A DNA stretch of 63,471 bases, filler included, from Pelomyxa schiedti (taxonomy: Eukaryota > Protista > Evosea), in NCBI GenBank assembly GCA_020536535.1. It is 8 parts of 8 records of this genome, joined end to end, with 100 filler letters (N's around TTAATTAATTAA, not from the genome) between each part and the next. Parts side by side here need not be neighbours in the genome. Positions count along the whole stretch, not along the records: positions 1 to 19,041 come from JAHLWZ010000340.1; positions 19,142 to 22,493 come from JAHLWZ010001755.1; 6 more parts are not named here. One strand, written 5' to 3'. A program made the translations under genes and the position numbers. Below the pieces are notes generated by a model. It made no database searches, was not told where the DNA came from, and saw only the letters and a list, made by a program, of their open reading frames with translations. This document shows, piece after piece, positions 11,744 to 20,796 of this stretch. The first letter of the stretch is position 1; each line of letters begins with the position of its first letter.

Positions 11744-12701
11744 ATGACGGAGGTGGAGGAAGAGACAGCGAAGGTTGTTATTTTGGGTAGTTCGGGTGTT
11801 GGCAAGACATGCATAGCACTACGGTACTGTTGGTTTATATGTTATTTTTAGTTTTTTAAGCTCCTAGATCTTTTGGTTTTTGTTGCCATTTGTAAATGGT
11901 TTTTTCCCTGTGCCTTACCGTTGTTAAGGTATGTACAGGACGCGTTCACTGAAACTGAAGCAACCATTGCGGCATCATACTTGTCGAAGAGCATGTAAAT
12001 TGCACTTCCTTTTCTGAAATTGAAATACATTACAATAACATTTCTTTCCTTTTTTCCAGAGAGACAGATGGAAGGCGATTCAAGTTGCAAATTTGGGATA
12101 CTGTAAGTCTCCCCTATAACCATTATAATATTTACCATTGTAGGCAGGACAAGAGCGCTTCAAAGGAATGGCTGCATTGTATGTGCACCTTTTCCCACTC
12201 TCATATCTGATTCCCTTCCAGATTCTACAAGGGAGCCCATGCAGCTATCATTTGCTATGAGATAATCTCTCGAGATACCTTTGAAGGGGTGAAGAAGTGG
12301 GTATCTGAACTTCAAGCAAATACTTCAGGCTCCCCACCAAGTAACTTTTCAAGTTGCTCTAGTCTAGATTAAGGTTTTTTTCAGTATTTATCATCGCTGG
12401 AAACAAAAAGGACATGGAGGCATCCCGCCAGGTTCCAACAATGGATGGTAAAAACTTTGCCACAAGGTATTTTATATGTGTTTCCCCACAAATTCTTACT
12501 TGATCCAGTATTGGTGCGGAATTTTTCGAAACCTCAGCCAAGACAGGTGAAGGTACATGACTTTTGTTTCTACAAGTTTGACTTACACCACCAGGTATTT
12601 CCGCTCTCTTCGAATTCATGGGGCATGCTCTAGCACGTTCTATTCAGAAGAAAAGTGAAAAACCAGGGAAGAAGAGGAATGGCGGCTGCCTCTTATTGTA
12701 G
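11744..12701 (+). CDS. Rab-family small GTPase (Rab5/21/22-like), multi-exon
   Basis: GSSGVGKT, effector region ATIAASYLSK, IWDT|AGQERF, AGNKKD, FFETSAKTG. Ends KKRNGGCLLL*. Confidence 0.92.
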
Positions 12702-12775
12702 TAAACCTGACCCAAGTTTTGTTTACAATCAATTGAAGAAAAGAATCTTCTTTGTAAGTTGTTCTACTATCTCTA

Positions 12776-13687
12776 TTAGTGAGTCAGTGTCTGGATGGTA
12801 GTTTTGAGGTCGGCGTTTTGTTGCTTGAGGTCGGCGTTTTCTTGCTTGAGGTCGGTGTTTTGTTGCTTGAGGTCGGCGTTTTCTTGCTTGAGTGTTGTGT
12901 TATCTTGTTGCAATTGTTGAAGTGCCTGGGTAATTGTTGTTACTTGGAGAGTAAGATGGTTCACTTGTGCAACAAGCAGCTGGTGTGGAACATCAGGCAC
13001 AGGGTGTCCAGGCTGCTGGGGGGGTTCCGGCACTTGTTCATGATGATTGCGGGATTGGTCAGAAGGGGGCAGGTGCGAGGGAGGAGCCGGCACGTGGCTG
13101 GGGACTGGAGATGGAGTAGATGGACGGGACCGGGATGCATCCGCACTAGGAGGTGGAAGTGGAGCCTGAGGTAGAGGTGGTGGGGTTTGCTGGGTGTCGC
13201 TTGTGGTTGGTGTTACCTTGGCCCTCTTTGCTGCTTTATGTGTCTTGGGCGTGGTTCTTCTGGGTGTGGGCTCAACAACAAAATCGACGTCCCTGCTGTA
13301 CCTGTCGTCGCTCTCTGTATCTGTGTACGCGTGGGCATGGCTGCTTCGGTGGCGCAACTGGTACCCGCCTGAGGAGTACCGCGGAGAGCTGGGCGCCGCG
13401 GTGGACCGTGGGCTGCGCGGCGAATCGGGGGAGCGGGGCGAGGTGGACGCGGAGGACGGTGTGGAGGCGCGCCGCGGCCGCGACACCACCGAGGGAGTGG
13501 ACGATGGGGAAGCAGGCGACGACGAGTGCAGAGGGGGGGAGGGGGCGCCCGGCAAAGGAGGCGGGGGCGAGCCGCCGCCTGGGGGAGGCAGCACGTCGTC
13601 GGAAGGGATGGGAGTGGGTGGCAACTCGTGGGACGACGGGGCCGAGGCCGGAGGGGAGACATCGGCTGGGCAGTGCACCGCAAGCAC
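12776..13687 (-). CDS. Pro/Ser-rich ORF with C-terminal heptad coiled coil (function unknown, no ATG start found)
   Basis: 303-codon GC-rich ORF from GTG. It ends in LKQENAD/LKQQNTD heptads and lies just downstream of the gypsy chromodomain in the same orientation. Confidence 0.5.
   Translation of the reverse strand: MLAVHCPADVSPPASAPSSHELPPTPIPSDDVLPPPGGGSPPPPLPGAPSPPLHSSSPASPSSTPSVVSRPRRASTPSSASTSPRSPDSPRSPRSTAAPSSPRYSSGGYQLRHRSSHAHAYTDTESDDRYSRDVDFVVEPTPRRTTPKTHKAAKRAKVTPTTSDTQQTPPPLPQAPLPPPSADASRSRPSTPSPVPSHVPAPPSHLPPSDQSRNHHEQVPEPPQQPGHPVPDVPHQLLVAQVNHLTLQVTTITQALQQLQQDNTTLKQENADLKQQNTDLKQENADLKQQNADLKTTIQTLTH
12804..12892 (-). repeat. 21-bp tandem repeat x4 encoding heptads LKQ(E/Q)N(A/T)D
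   Basis: Plus-strand unit TTGAGGTCGG(C/T)GTTTT(G/C)TTGC repeated four times. Confidence 0.9.
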
Positions 13688-13957
13688 GAAGCCATTCTTT
13701 CTTCTTAACGAGTGGGGGGTTGGGTGTGTGTCTGACTTTTGTTATGTTGTTGCTGGCAACAACTGTTGACCCATACATCTAACTCATCATTACTACGCTA
13801 CACGACGCTCGTAATAGCGACTTAGCTTTTCCTTCACAAGACCAAATATCTCTTAAATAACACTCAATTTCTCAACCAATTTAACGACCATTCTGATCTC
13901 GTTGAAACGGAGATCTTATAAATGCTACGCAGGGGAATGGTGCCAAAGGTGCCAAGC

Positions 13958-14340
13958 TTAGCTTTGGTGAATCTCTTGCCATTCTAATCCTACCGAGAAC
14001 GTCCCCGGTGATGCGATCGTCGAGCGCCTTTCATAGTCAAGCAGTGCTTCGTGGTTCTTGAGCCTTTCGCCGTGCAACCACTGAGTATCGTTGTAGCCTT
14101 TGAACTTGACCTCGTAGAGCGTTCCTCCGGGTATGAGCTTGTGTGCAACAATTTCCTCGATTTGCTTGTTGTTGACACGTTCCTTGTAGTCCTTTGTCTT
14201 CGGCAATAGCGGTGCCTTTGCCGGGTCAACCCAATGAAACATGTTGTCAATATGTGCTTCATGCGGTTTCTCTCCGGACCTGCCTTCTGCAGATACCAAC
14301 CAATTGTGTTCACCACGCCGTTCTATTATCCTGTATGGCC
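13958..14340 (-). pseudogene. Integrase C-terminus with chromodomain (frameshifted from the core)
   Basis: RPYRIIERRG (GPY-like), then IEEIVAHKLIPGGTLYEVKFKGYNDTQWLHGERLKNHEALLDY. Confidence 0.85.
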
Positions 14341-14355
14341 CTGGCGTAAGTATGT

Positions 14356-15225
14356 CTAATTTACTAGATACCGCATGTAGATGCGTACTAAGTCGGAGAC
14401 TTTGAAATTCTTCGTAGTAAATTCCCGCGGAATGGGCTTCCGTGCATCCCTTTCGTCATTGACAGTAGTTCTGAGTTCATTTGCGATCTCCCAACTCCGT
14501 TGTACTTGTTTCATGAACGTATGAGCATCTCTCTTATCCACTTTCATGAACGGTGCTGCAATAGGTTCAATGCTATCCATCCCGAATACCATAGAATAAG
14601 GTGTTAGACCAGTAGTTGTATTCGGTGCTGTATTGTGTGCATAGACAATTGCAGGTATTAGCTTGTCCCAATTGGTGCTGCGTTCACCCGTCTTCTTCAG
14701 AGCTCTTCGTAGATTGCTGTTGACTTGCTCAACTCTTCCAATAGTCTGTGGGTGATAGGGCGCATTGACATTGTGCACAGTATTCAGAAATCCATGTAGT
14801 TCTTTGATTACTTCTGCCGTGTTTCTAACAGTTCCGTCAGTCATCACGATCTGAGGAAATCCAAATACGGGAGAGACTCTTTCCCACAATATCCTTGCTG
14901 TAGTAACACTATCTTCGCTGGGTACAGGTACACATATCCAAAAGTTAGAGTAAACATCAATTATGTTCAGAATGAAACGATTTCCCAATGCTGTAGGCTT
15001 CTTCCCAAACGGTCCAGCATGGTCCCACTGTATACTGTGAAATGGTCTTGGTGCATACATATGTCCTGGTGTAGAATGTGATACTGGTTGCTGCAATACG
15101 TTGCACGTTTGACATTCTGGACAACTTCTGACTTGCTTGTGTATGTCACTCACAATAGTATCCCACCAGAATGTTTTGGTGATCTTGCTCCAAGCTCTTG
15201 TGCTTTTACCGCGAAAACTTTGAGG
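14356..15225 (-). CDS. Retroviral-type integrase (C-terminal half of zinc finger plus intact DDE core)
   Basis: KITKTFWWDTIVSDIHKQVRSCPECQ; RPFHSIQWDHAGPF (D); PQIVMTDG (D); APYHPQTIGRVEQVN (E). Confidence 0.9.
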   Translation of the reverse strand, partial: PQSFRGKSTRAWSKITKTFWWDTIVSDIHKQVRSCPECQTCNVLQQPVSHSTPGHMYAPRPFHSIQWDHAGPFGKKPTALGNRFILNIIDVYSNFWICVPVPSEDSVTTARILWERVSPVFGFPQIVMTDGTVRNTAEVIKELHGFLNTVHNVNAPYHPQTIGRVEQVNSNLRRALKKTGERSTNWDKLIPAIVYAHNTAPNTTTGLTPYSMVFGMDSIEPIAAPFMKVDKRDAHTFMKQVQRSWEIANELRTTVNDERDARKPIPREFTTKNFKVSDLVRIYMRYLVN

Positions 15226-15229
15226 AGTT

Positions 15230-16020
15230 TCAACAGCTTGTGTCTCTGATGCTCATCCAAATGTGATCCCAATCGTTTATCGGTTCTCTAGGTACTGTAT
15301 TTTCACCTTTCTTGTTAATGTTAATCTCATAAACCGCAAGTGATCCTACTCGTTTCCAGCTTCCATTACCTCTTGGCTGGGATTTCCACTTGAGGGCTAC
15401 ATCCTTAGCACTTCCTACCTGTGCTATGGCTTGTCCTCTATACAGTCGAATAGGAGCTTCCCTTGTGTTAGCAACTTCGATTGCGAAACTTCTAGTCTCT
15501 GGTATGGTATACAGAGCAGATTGTGCACATATACCATGTATGATTCCTTCTTTGCACTTCTCAACAAGTAATAATTCTCCAGGATGCAATCTGACTGGTA
15601 GATTGACTTCAATCTTCATAGTAGTCCAGCCTGGGATTGTCAAATCGTTGGCCGATACTATCCTCTTTGTGGTTCTATTCTTCGTGAGTAAATGTACTTT
15701 CTTTCCACCTTGCCATCTAAACGAATTACAAGAATGCAAGATGTCTCCTTTGTATGTTGTAGTGGCATCACAGCCCAGTAGAACTATATCCTTCAGTCCT
15801 CTGGTCACTGTAAAAGTTACAATGTGCTTTGCATTTCCGATTTCTACAGGTAAATCGATTCATCCCCAGAATTCCAGTAATGTGTCATTGATAGCTTCAG
15901 CTTTTGCAATATTAGGCATTTGTGTGACTTGTTTCTCAGGTGCAATCTTTTCCAATGCATCTTCACTAAGAACATAAATAGTAGAGCATGAATCAATCAG
16001 TACAGCAAGTGCATGAGGAA
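15230..16020 (-). pseudogene. Retropepsin protease plus degenerate dUTPase-like region, frameshifted
   Basis: LIDSCST in place of D-S/T-G. Frameshift at ~15860. Then ILLGCD and IEVANTREAPIRLYRGQAIAQV. Confidence 0.75.
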
Positions 16021-16033
16021 AAAAAAAAAAAAT

Positions 16034-16077
16034 TGCAAAAACAAAATCCTTGTTGATCAGCATGCTCCAATAGACAG
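16034..16077 (+). repeat. 44-bp direct repeat, copy 1 (partner 17149-17201)
   Basis: TGCAAAAACAAAATCCTTGT-TGATCAGCATGCTCCAATAGACAG. Confidence 0.9.
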
Positions 16078-17148
16078 CAGTGCTCCCTCGGTTAACCGTA
16101 CCAAGTTAAAACCCAGTTAACAGTTAACCAGGAACCCAACCCAGTTAAACAAACCCTTAACAAAAATTTTCTGAGAAAGATCAATCACTTCGGATTGCCC
16201 CCAACCACTTATTTCATCTTGTGTAAACTGTTTTTCCCAAGAAAACCCACGTCTGTGTGTTGCTGCACACTGAATGTTTGAAAAACAGAATAAAAAATAC
16301 CTTGTAAATTCTCCTGCAGCCCATACTCGATGCCTGTGCTGTGGTTGATTGTTAGAATCGTAGGATAACTTTTGGAAATGGTTTCAGTCGATTTGGACTC
16401 CAAGGTGTCCATTTTCTCAATGGTGCTCAACATACCAGCCAATCACAGAGGCCAAGTGCATGAGGAAAATTTGTGCTGGATGACAAGGAGTTTGAACCCC
16501 CCAATTGGGCCTGTAGAACCCCAAAGGCCTTCTGGTGGGACAAACTCTACACCAGCATCATCAACAACACTGCGGCTCACCTCCACAGAGTCACCACCAA
16601 CACTGCACCCTAGGGGATGATGGATTCAGGCATCATCCTCTAGATTATTGTAACTCACAAAGTGATCGTTTAGGGATTTGGGGATTTTGTTGGCTGGGGA
16701 GATATTGGGGCACACAATTGAGATGTCAAGTATGTGAGGAGGAGGGCTGTCCTCTAGGAGCAGGTCGATTCTTCCATCTGTCTCATTGGACACCTCTTTT
16801 TGTACTGTGACTCCTGCCTGCTTTGCCAGGAGGTAGAGCAGGTTGACAACAGCATCATGTCTTCTGATCTGTAGACCTCCTCTCTTGCAGCTGAGCAAGT
16901 GAATGTCATGTGGGTCCAAGGCATGCCCGCAGCAGCATACTCTCCTTGAGCTGAGGGTAGCAGGAACTGCTGAAGTACAAAGGCAGTGGGCAATGCATAG
17001 AGTAATTGCATCGTTGGAGAGAGTTAGCTGGGGGACTGAGGGGATGATCTTGGTCCATCTTGACGCCATGTGTGCTTTGTTGCTTTGTACAATGGATTTC
17101 TCCACAAGGGAGGCATAGTTCATCCAGTTGTGCTGATTCTCCTCAAAA
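16078..17148 (-). mobile_element. 5'-truncated, decayed RLE-type (CRE/NeSL-like) non-LTR retrotransposon fragment
   Basis: ORF 16626-17159: CCHC knuckle (CCCGHALDPHDIHLLSCKRGG), RRHDAV, AKQAGVTVQKE, and a PD..D-like nuclease motif RIDLL...ILDISI. A downstream frame gives AGVEFVPPEGLWG. Confidence 0.8.
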
Positions 17149-17201
17149 TGCAAAAACAAAATCCTTGTGTGGGCCGTTGATCAGCATGCTCCAATAGACA
17201 G
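17149..17201 (+). repeat. 44-bp direct repeat, copy 2 (with 9-nt insertion GTGGGCCGT)
   Basis: Identical to 16034-16077 apart from the insertion at 17169-17177. Confidence 0.9.
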
Positions 17202-17306
17202 GGCCTTGCAAAAATAAAAATTAAAAAATTTCCCATCACTGCTGGTCCTTTCGGGAGTCACCTGCGGTGGGAATGGAACCTCGGTCTATCAGATTTGAAC
17301 CAAATG

Positions 17307-17673
17307 TTGTTATCACCTTCTGCACATATGTGGCTACTACTACTATTGGGGGGGTTGCTCGTCGGCTGCGCGTTTTCGAACCCCACACAAAAGGTACCTT
17401 TTGCGTGGTTACCTTTTTCTTTCCTTTTATTTTTTCCTTTATTTCTTTCTATTCCTTTCTTTTGTTTATAAGTTTATTCACAATAGAAGGAGAATAGAAA
17501 AAGGTTTTTCTTTTGTATGGTACTTATAATACCTTGGCTGGTGTAATTTGGTGTTAGGTGAGGTTATTTTATGCAGTTGAATTACAATCCTTTTTTCATT
17601 TACATAAGCCTTTCTTTGTGCTATTGGTACCTAAGTGTAGTGTAAATCATTATGCACTAACTGCTTCATTGAT
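17307..17673 (-). repeat. Dispersed ~0.4-kb repeat, copy B (homologue of 23017-23431)
   Basis: The reverse complement aligns colinearly with 23017-23431. Shared blocks: ATCAATGAAGCAGTTAGTGCATAATG, AGAAAAAGGTAAC, a hairpin, CCGACGAGCAACCCC, TAGTAGTAG.CACATATG.GCA. Confidence 0.9.
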
Positions 17674-18252
17674 TATCTTGCTGTAGAGGTAAGAAACCAC
17701 CTGTGATATTTGTGCTTCTCCTTAGGGTGGTAGTAATGCTCACTATTACTGGCTGGAGAAACGTTAGGTTCAACACTACTGTCCCAACATATCCCTTTGT
17801 ATTTGGACATATACACAGTAGTAGTTTGAGGGGCAGGTGAAGTGACAAAGATGCTATTTGCTATTATCTAGGCCAACACCTTACTGTGCATCACTAGAAT
17901 TTGACAAGAGGGGCCTCCAATGATAACATCAGCCGTCCACTGTGCACAAACGCCAGAGGACAACCGAATTCATGGCGTGTCCCAGAGTGCGCTCACCGTA
18001 CTTAGTCACCACTGCACATCGCAATGGGTGGCTGAGCCGCCTTGGGTTTTTCTCAGCTTGACGAGTCCGCATGTGCGGAGGCTTCTTCGGAGAATCGCGA
18101 AAAACAAAACAAAAAAAAAAAAAAACCAAGCGCCGTAGTGCGTAGCCGGCCGCGCATCGGTGTTGCTACGCTCCCCCCCCCACATCGGTGTCGCTACGCT
18201 CCCTCCCCTCTGCATGTTCCACACCCTTTATAGCTGATCGCAGTGTGGTGCG

Positions 18253-18325
18253 TTTCCCTTTTTCCCTTTTCCCCCTTTTTCCCTTTTCCCCCTTTTTCCC
18301 TTTTCCCCCTTTTTCCCTTTTCCCC
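18253..18325 (+). repeat. Pure pyrimidine tract (C3-5T4-5)n abutting an assembly gap
   Basis: Seen directly. Truncated by the N gap. Confidence 0.85.
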
Positions 18326-18425
18326 NNNNNNNNNNNNNNNNNNNNNNNNNNNNNNNNNNNNNNNNNNNNNNNNNNNNNNNNNNNNNNNNNNNNNNNNNNN
18401 NNNNNNNNNNNNNNNNNNNNNNNNN

Positions 18426-19038
18426 TGAAATACCGGAGGTTTTTATTGCATACCATGTGGAAGTTGCACTCCTCAATATGGCCAAAAGCCAGAGCATAGT
18501 ATGAGGATCCCACACAGAGGAAGAACTGGACGAGTTGAATGGGGGTGATGATTCGGCCTCCCCAAAGTGGGTTGATCAGTTTCAGATCTATGGTCGGGGT
18601 TGGAAATTTGACTTGGAAAATTGAACAAATTACCTGTGAGGAAGTAGTAGAAGTACATGCAAACGTGCACAAAGCTGTTTGCAAGGATTCCAGTCCAATT
18701 TACGGAGAAAGGTACTTGCCAAGCAGTCCAGGCGCATGTGGCAGTGACTGTGTGGTGATAAACGTGAAGCAACATAGTTACATTCTCGGGAACTATATTA
18801 TCTTCTTGTCTCTGTTCCTCAAAGTGTGGTACAACAAGAGACAGTACCGCCGTGCACAGAGGCAAAAGGCAATTGCCACAGGCCCGAAACACATCCCATC
18901 AGGAAAGGGCCCCGCGGACAAGAAACGCCAATAAAAACCCAACAACAAACAGACCAAACGGCCTGCAGTTTGAACAAAAATAGATGATGCCACCTTTTAT
19001 TATGCTCACGTTTTGCTCCCCTATGAGAACTTTTTGAA
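18426..19038. pseudogene. Rearranged partial second copy of the elongase gene (inverted segment joined to forward segment)
   Basis: 18426-18791 is the reverse complement of 2506-2869. 18779-19038 matches 2904-3164 forward. A few substitutions/indels relative to copy 1. Confidence 0.85.
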
Positions 19039-19041
19039 TAT

Positions 19042-19141
19042 NNNNNNNNNNNNNNNNNNNNNNNNNNNNNNNNNNNNNNNNNNNNTTAATTAATTAANNN
19101 NNNNNNNNNNNNNNNNNNNNNNNNNNNNNNNNNNNNNNNNN
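19042..19141. other. Artificial scaffold linker
   Basis: N44-TTAATTAATTAA-N44 (stops in all six frames). Confidence 0.97.
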
Positions 19142-19453
19142 CGTGTACACGCCCCTCTTCTTCCTGCTCACATTGTAACTGGTCCTCGTACGCAATGCGT
19201 TGTGTGGCTTCAATGAGAGTGTTTCCATCGTGTTGTACCAGTCATTGCCAACAATTTACCGCGGGAAGCCGAACCACTTCCGTGCTTGGGGAGAAAGAGG
19301 GGCAGTGAGTTTCATTGACAAACACGCAGAAACTGAAAAAAAGACGAACCGGCCGGGTATCGATCGGCGATCTCTATTTTTGTGGTGAGAGGGTAGGTTT
19401 CCCCCGGAGTTCAAAATATAACCCCTTTTGGCATACTTTCCGGTTTGTAACCT

Positions 19454-19526
19454 GGGGGCGTAGTTCAGTTGGAAGAATGGCTGCTTCCGAAGCAGTTGGT
19501 CGTGGGATCAATGCCCACCGCCCCCG
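19454..19526 (+). tRNA. tRNA-Arg(CCG): tRNA-Arg(CCG), 73 nt, with atypical T-loop
   Basis: Cloverleaf: acceptor GGGGGCG/CGCCCCC, D-arm GTTC-AGTTGGAA-GAAT (A20, an Arg identity element), anticodon arm GCTGC-TTCCGAA-GCAGT, variable loop TGGTC, T-arm GTGGG-ATCAATG-CCCAC, discriminator G, followed by T7. Confidence 0.9.
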
Positions 19527-19527
19527 A

Positions 19528-19534
19528 TTTTTTT
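19528..19534 (+). terminator. RNA polymerase III terminator (T7)
   Basis: Run of seven T starting 2 nt after the tRNA discriminator base. Confidence 0.8.
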
Positions 19535-19542
19535 GTGTGTTA

Positions 19543-20796
19543 ATGTACATGCCGCGGTTACCCCTGCGGCCGTACTTGTTTTCAGGTGACCAGTTTGTGG
19601 CACTGGCCACCGCAGTCCAAGTGCCCCGCTGCGGGGCCCGCAGCAACGCTGGGCTCCTCTCCCCCTCCCTCGTGTCGGGCGAGCTGGGGCCCCGCTGGAT
19701 CGCCGGGACCGCACGGATGGTCACCCTCTACCTCTCCCCCGCCGACACTGGCTGCACGACCACAGCGCAGCGCGGCGACGACTACGCCGACCCCCAGCGG
19801 CCCCGCATCGTATGCTTTGGAGTGTCGTGCACGCTGGGGGTGAGCGTGAGGCCGTTTGTCGTCCCCAGCGGGGTGGCACACACCGTCCTGGGGTGGATCA
19901 ACGACCGGACATTTGTGGGCCACAGCACCCGCCGCGGCCTGTGTGTTTCCTCCAGGTCATCGTCATCGTCCTCGTCCTCGCTGGGGGCTTCTCGCGAGGG
20001 CGAGGGCTGTTTTGAGGCTCTCCTTGTGGACTCTGAGGGGTCACGTGTCGGTATCATCAGCCCGTGTGTGGTAAATGCCAAGTGGATTGTGGGAATCGAG
20101 ATGGAGAACATGCTGTTGTGGAAAGTGGACAATCCCGCCGCTTCTTTGGAAGATTCACTCCCGGCATCACGCCGGTGCAAAGTCGTTCATATCCGGGATA
20201 GGGATTCCTTCTACAATCTGGCCGCAGTGCAGTTCACAAGGCACGTTCCTTGGGGATTTCGGGACGGCGATTTGCTATCCCTGTGCTTTTGGGGTTATTA
20301 TATGCAAGTTGACCTGGAAGCCACTTACAAATCAGGCAAGGCTGAGGTTATTTTCTCGGCCTCGGATGTGGCCCAAGCTGTTGGCCCCAAGTCTCTGGTT
20401 TTCTCGAGAACCCATGGCGAATTGGTTGTCAGCTACAGATCAGTTACTCATGTACGAACTGGATTAAATCAAACCTTCTCTGATGGACTTCGCATTGGTG
20501 TCGGTGACTTCCATATTGGTGCCGCTTCTGTTTGGCCCCTTGTCAAGCCTGGGTTCGAAGTATTTCATGTCGATGACATTGCACTGTCAAATCCCGTTGC
20601 AGTACTGGGCAATCACGTATTTACAACCAGTGCACGAATTGATTTGACTGGTTGTGCTGGTGGGTTGTTCCTGCAGTGTGCATCAAGCTGGGATAACCCC
20701 GGTTTTATCCGAATAATTGACACCCTTACTGGGTTTGTTATAATTCAACTTGACAACACAAGTCCTGCGTCACCATTCAAAGTTCAAAACTTTTGA
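19543..20796 (+). CDS. Uncharacterised lineage-specific family protein, member 2 (apparently intronless)
   Basis: ORF with DQFVALA...PRCGARSNAGLL, RWIAG, FGVSCTLGV, VNAKWIVG, QVDLEATY, IDTLTG. Start taken as the first ATG after the tRNA. Confidence 0.8.
   Translation: MYMPRLPLRPYLFSGDQFVALATAVQVPRCGARSNAGLLSPSLVSGELGPRWIAGTARMVTLYLSPADTGCTTTAQRGDDYADPQRPRIVCFGVSCTLGVSVRPFVVPSGVAHTVLGWINDRTFVGHSTRRGLCVSSRSSSSSSSSLGASREGEGCFEALLVDSEGSRVGIISPCVVNAKWIVGIEMENMLLWKVDNPAASLEDSLPASRRCKVVHIRDRDSFYNLAAVQFTRHVPWGFRDGDLLSLCFWGYYMQVDLEATYKSGKAEVIFSASDVAQAVGPKSLVFSRTHGELVVSYRSVTHVRTGLNQTFSDGLRIGVGDFHIGAASVWPLVKPGFEVFHVDDIALSNPVAVLGNHVFTTSARIDLTGCAGGLFLQCASSWDNPGFIRIIDTLTGFVIIQLDNTSPASPFKVQNF

Larger units (their letters stand above)
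13958..16020 (-). mobile_element. Ty3/gypsy chromodomain-bearing LTR retrotransposon remnant (PR, dUTPase-like, IN, CHD; RT/RNase H deleted)
   Basis: Domain order: protease (AVLIDSCST...DIVLLGCD), dUTPase-like segment, integrase zinc-finger half (FWW...VRSCPECQ), DDE core, GPY-like region, chromodomain. Several frameshifts. No LTR pair found. Confidence 0.9.

Noticed and set aside
8455-13827. Shared 13-mer TAGCGACTTAGCT at ~8455 and ~13815
   Set aside because: Matches of this length are expected by chance in 63 kb. One copy lies inside the DDX54 gene.
16034-16077. 44-mer as a U2 snRNA fragment (GGAGCATGCT resembles the U2 stem-loop)
   Set aside because: The similarity is too short and in the wrong context. 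No branch-point recognition sequence nearby.
16078-16200. hAT-like terminus with CAGTTAA subterminal repeats
   Set aside because: No matching inverted terminus or 8-bp TSD in the window.
17365-17385. GGTTCGAAAAC as a tRNA T-loop or B box in repeat B
   Set aside because: No cloverleaf, and not conserved in copy A (GGTCAGAAAAC).
17307-17673. Repeat B as the 5' LTR of the neighbouring gypsy element
   Set aside because: No matching copy downstream of the chromodomain, and no credible primer-binding site shared by both copies.
18253-18325. Telomeric repeat
   Set aside because: Irregular A/G-only units rather than a T/G telomere unit, and internal to a scaffold.
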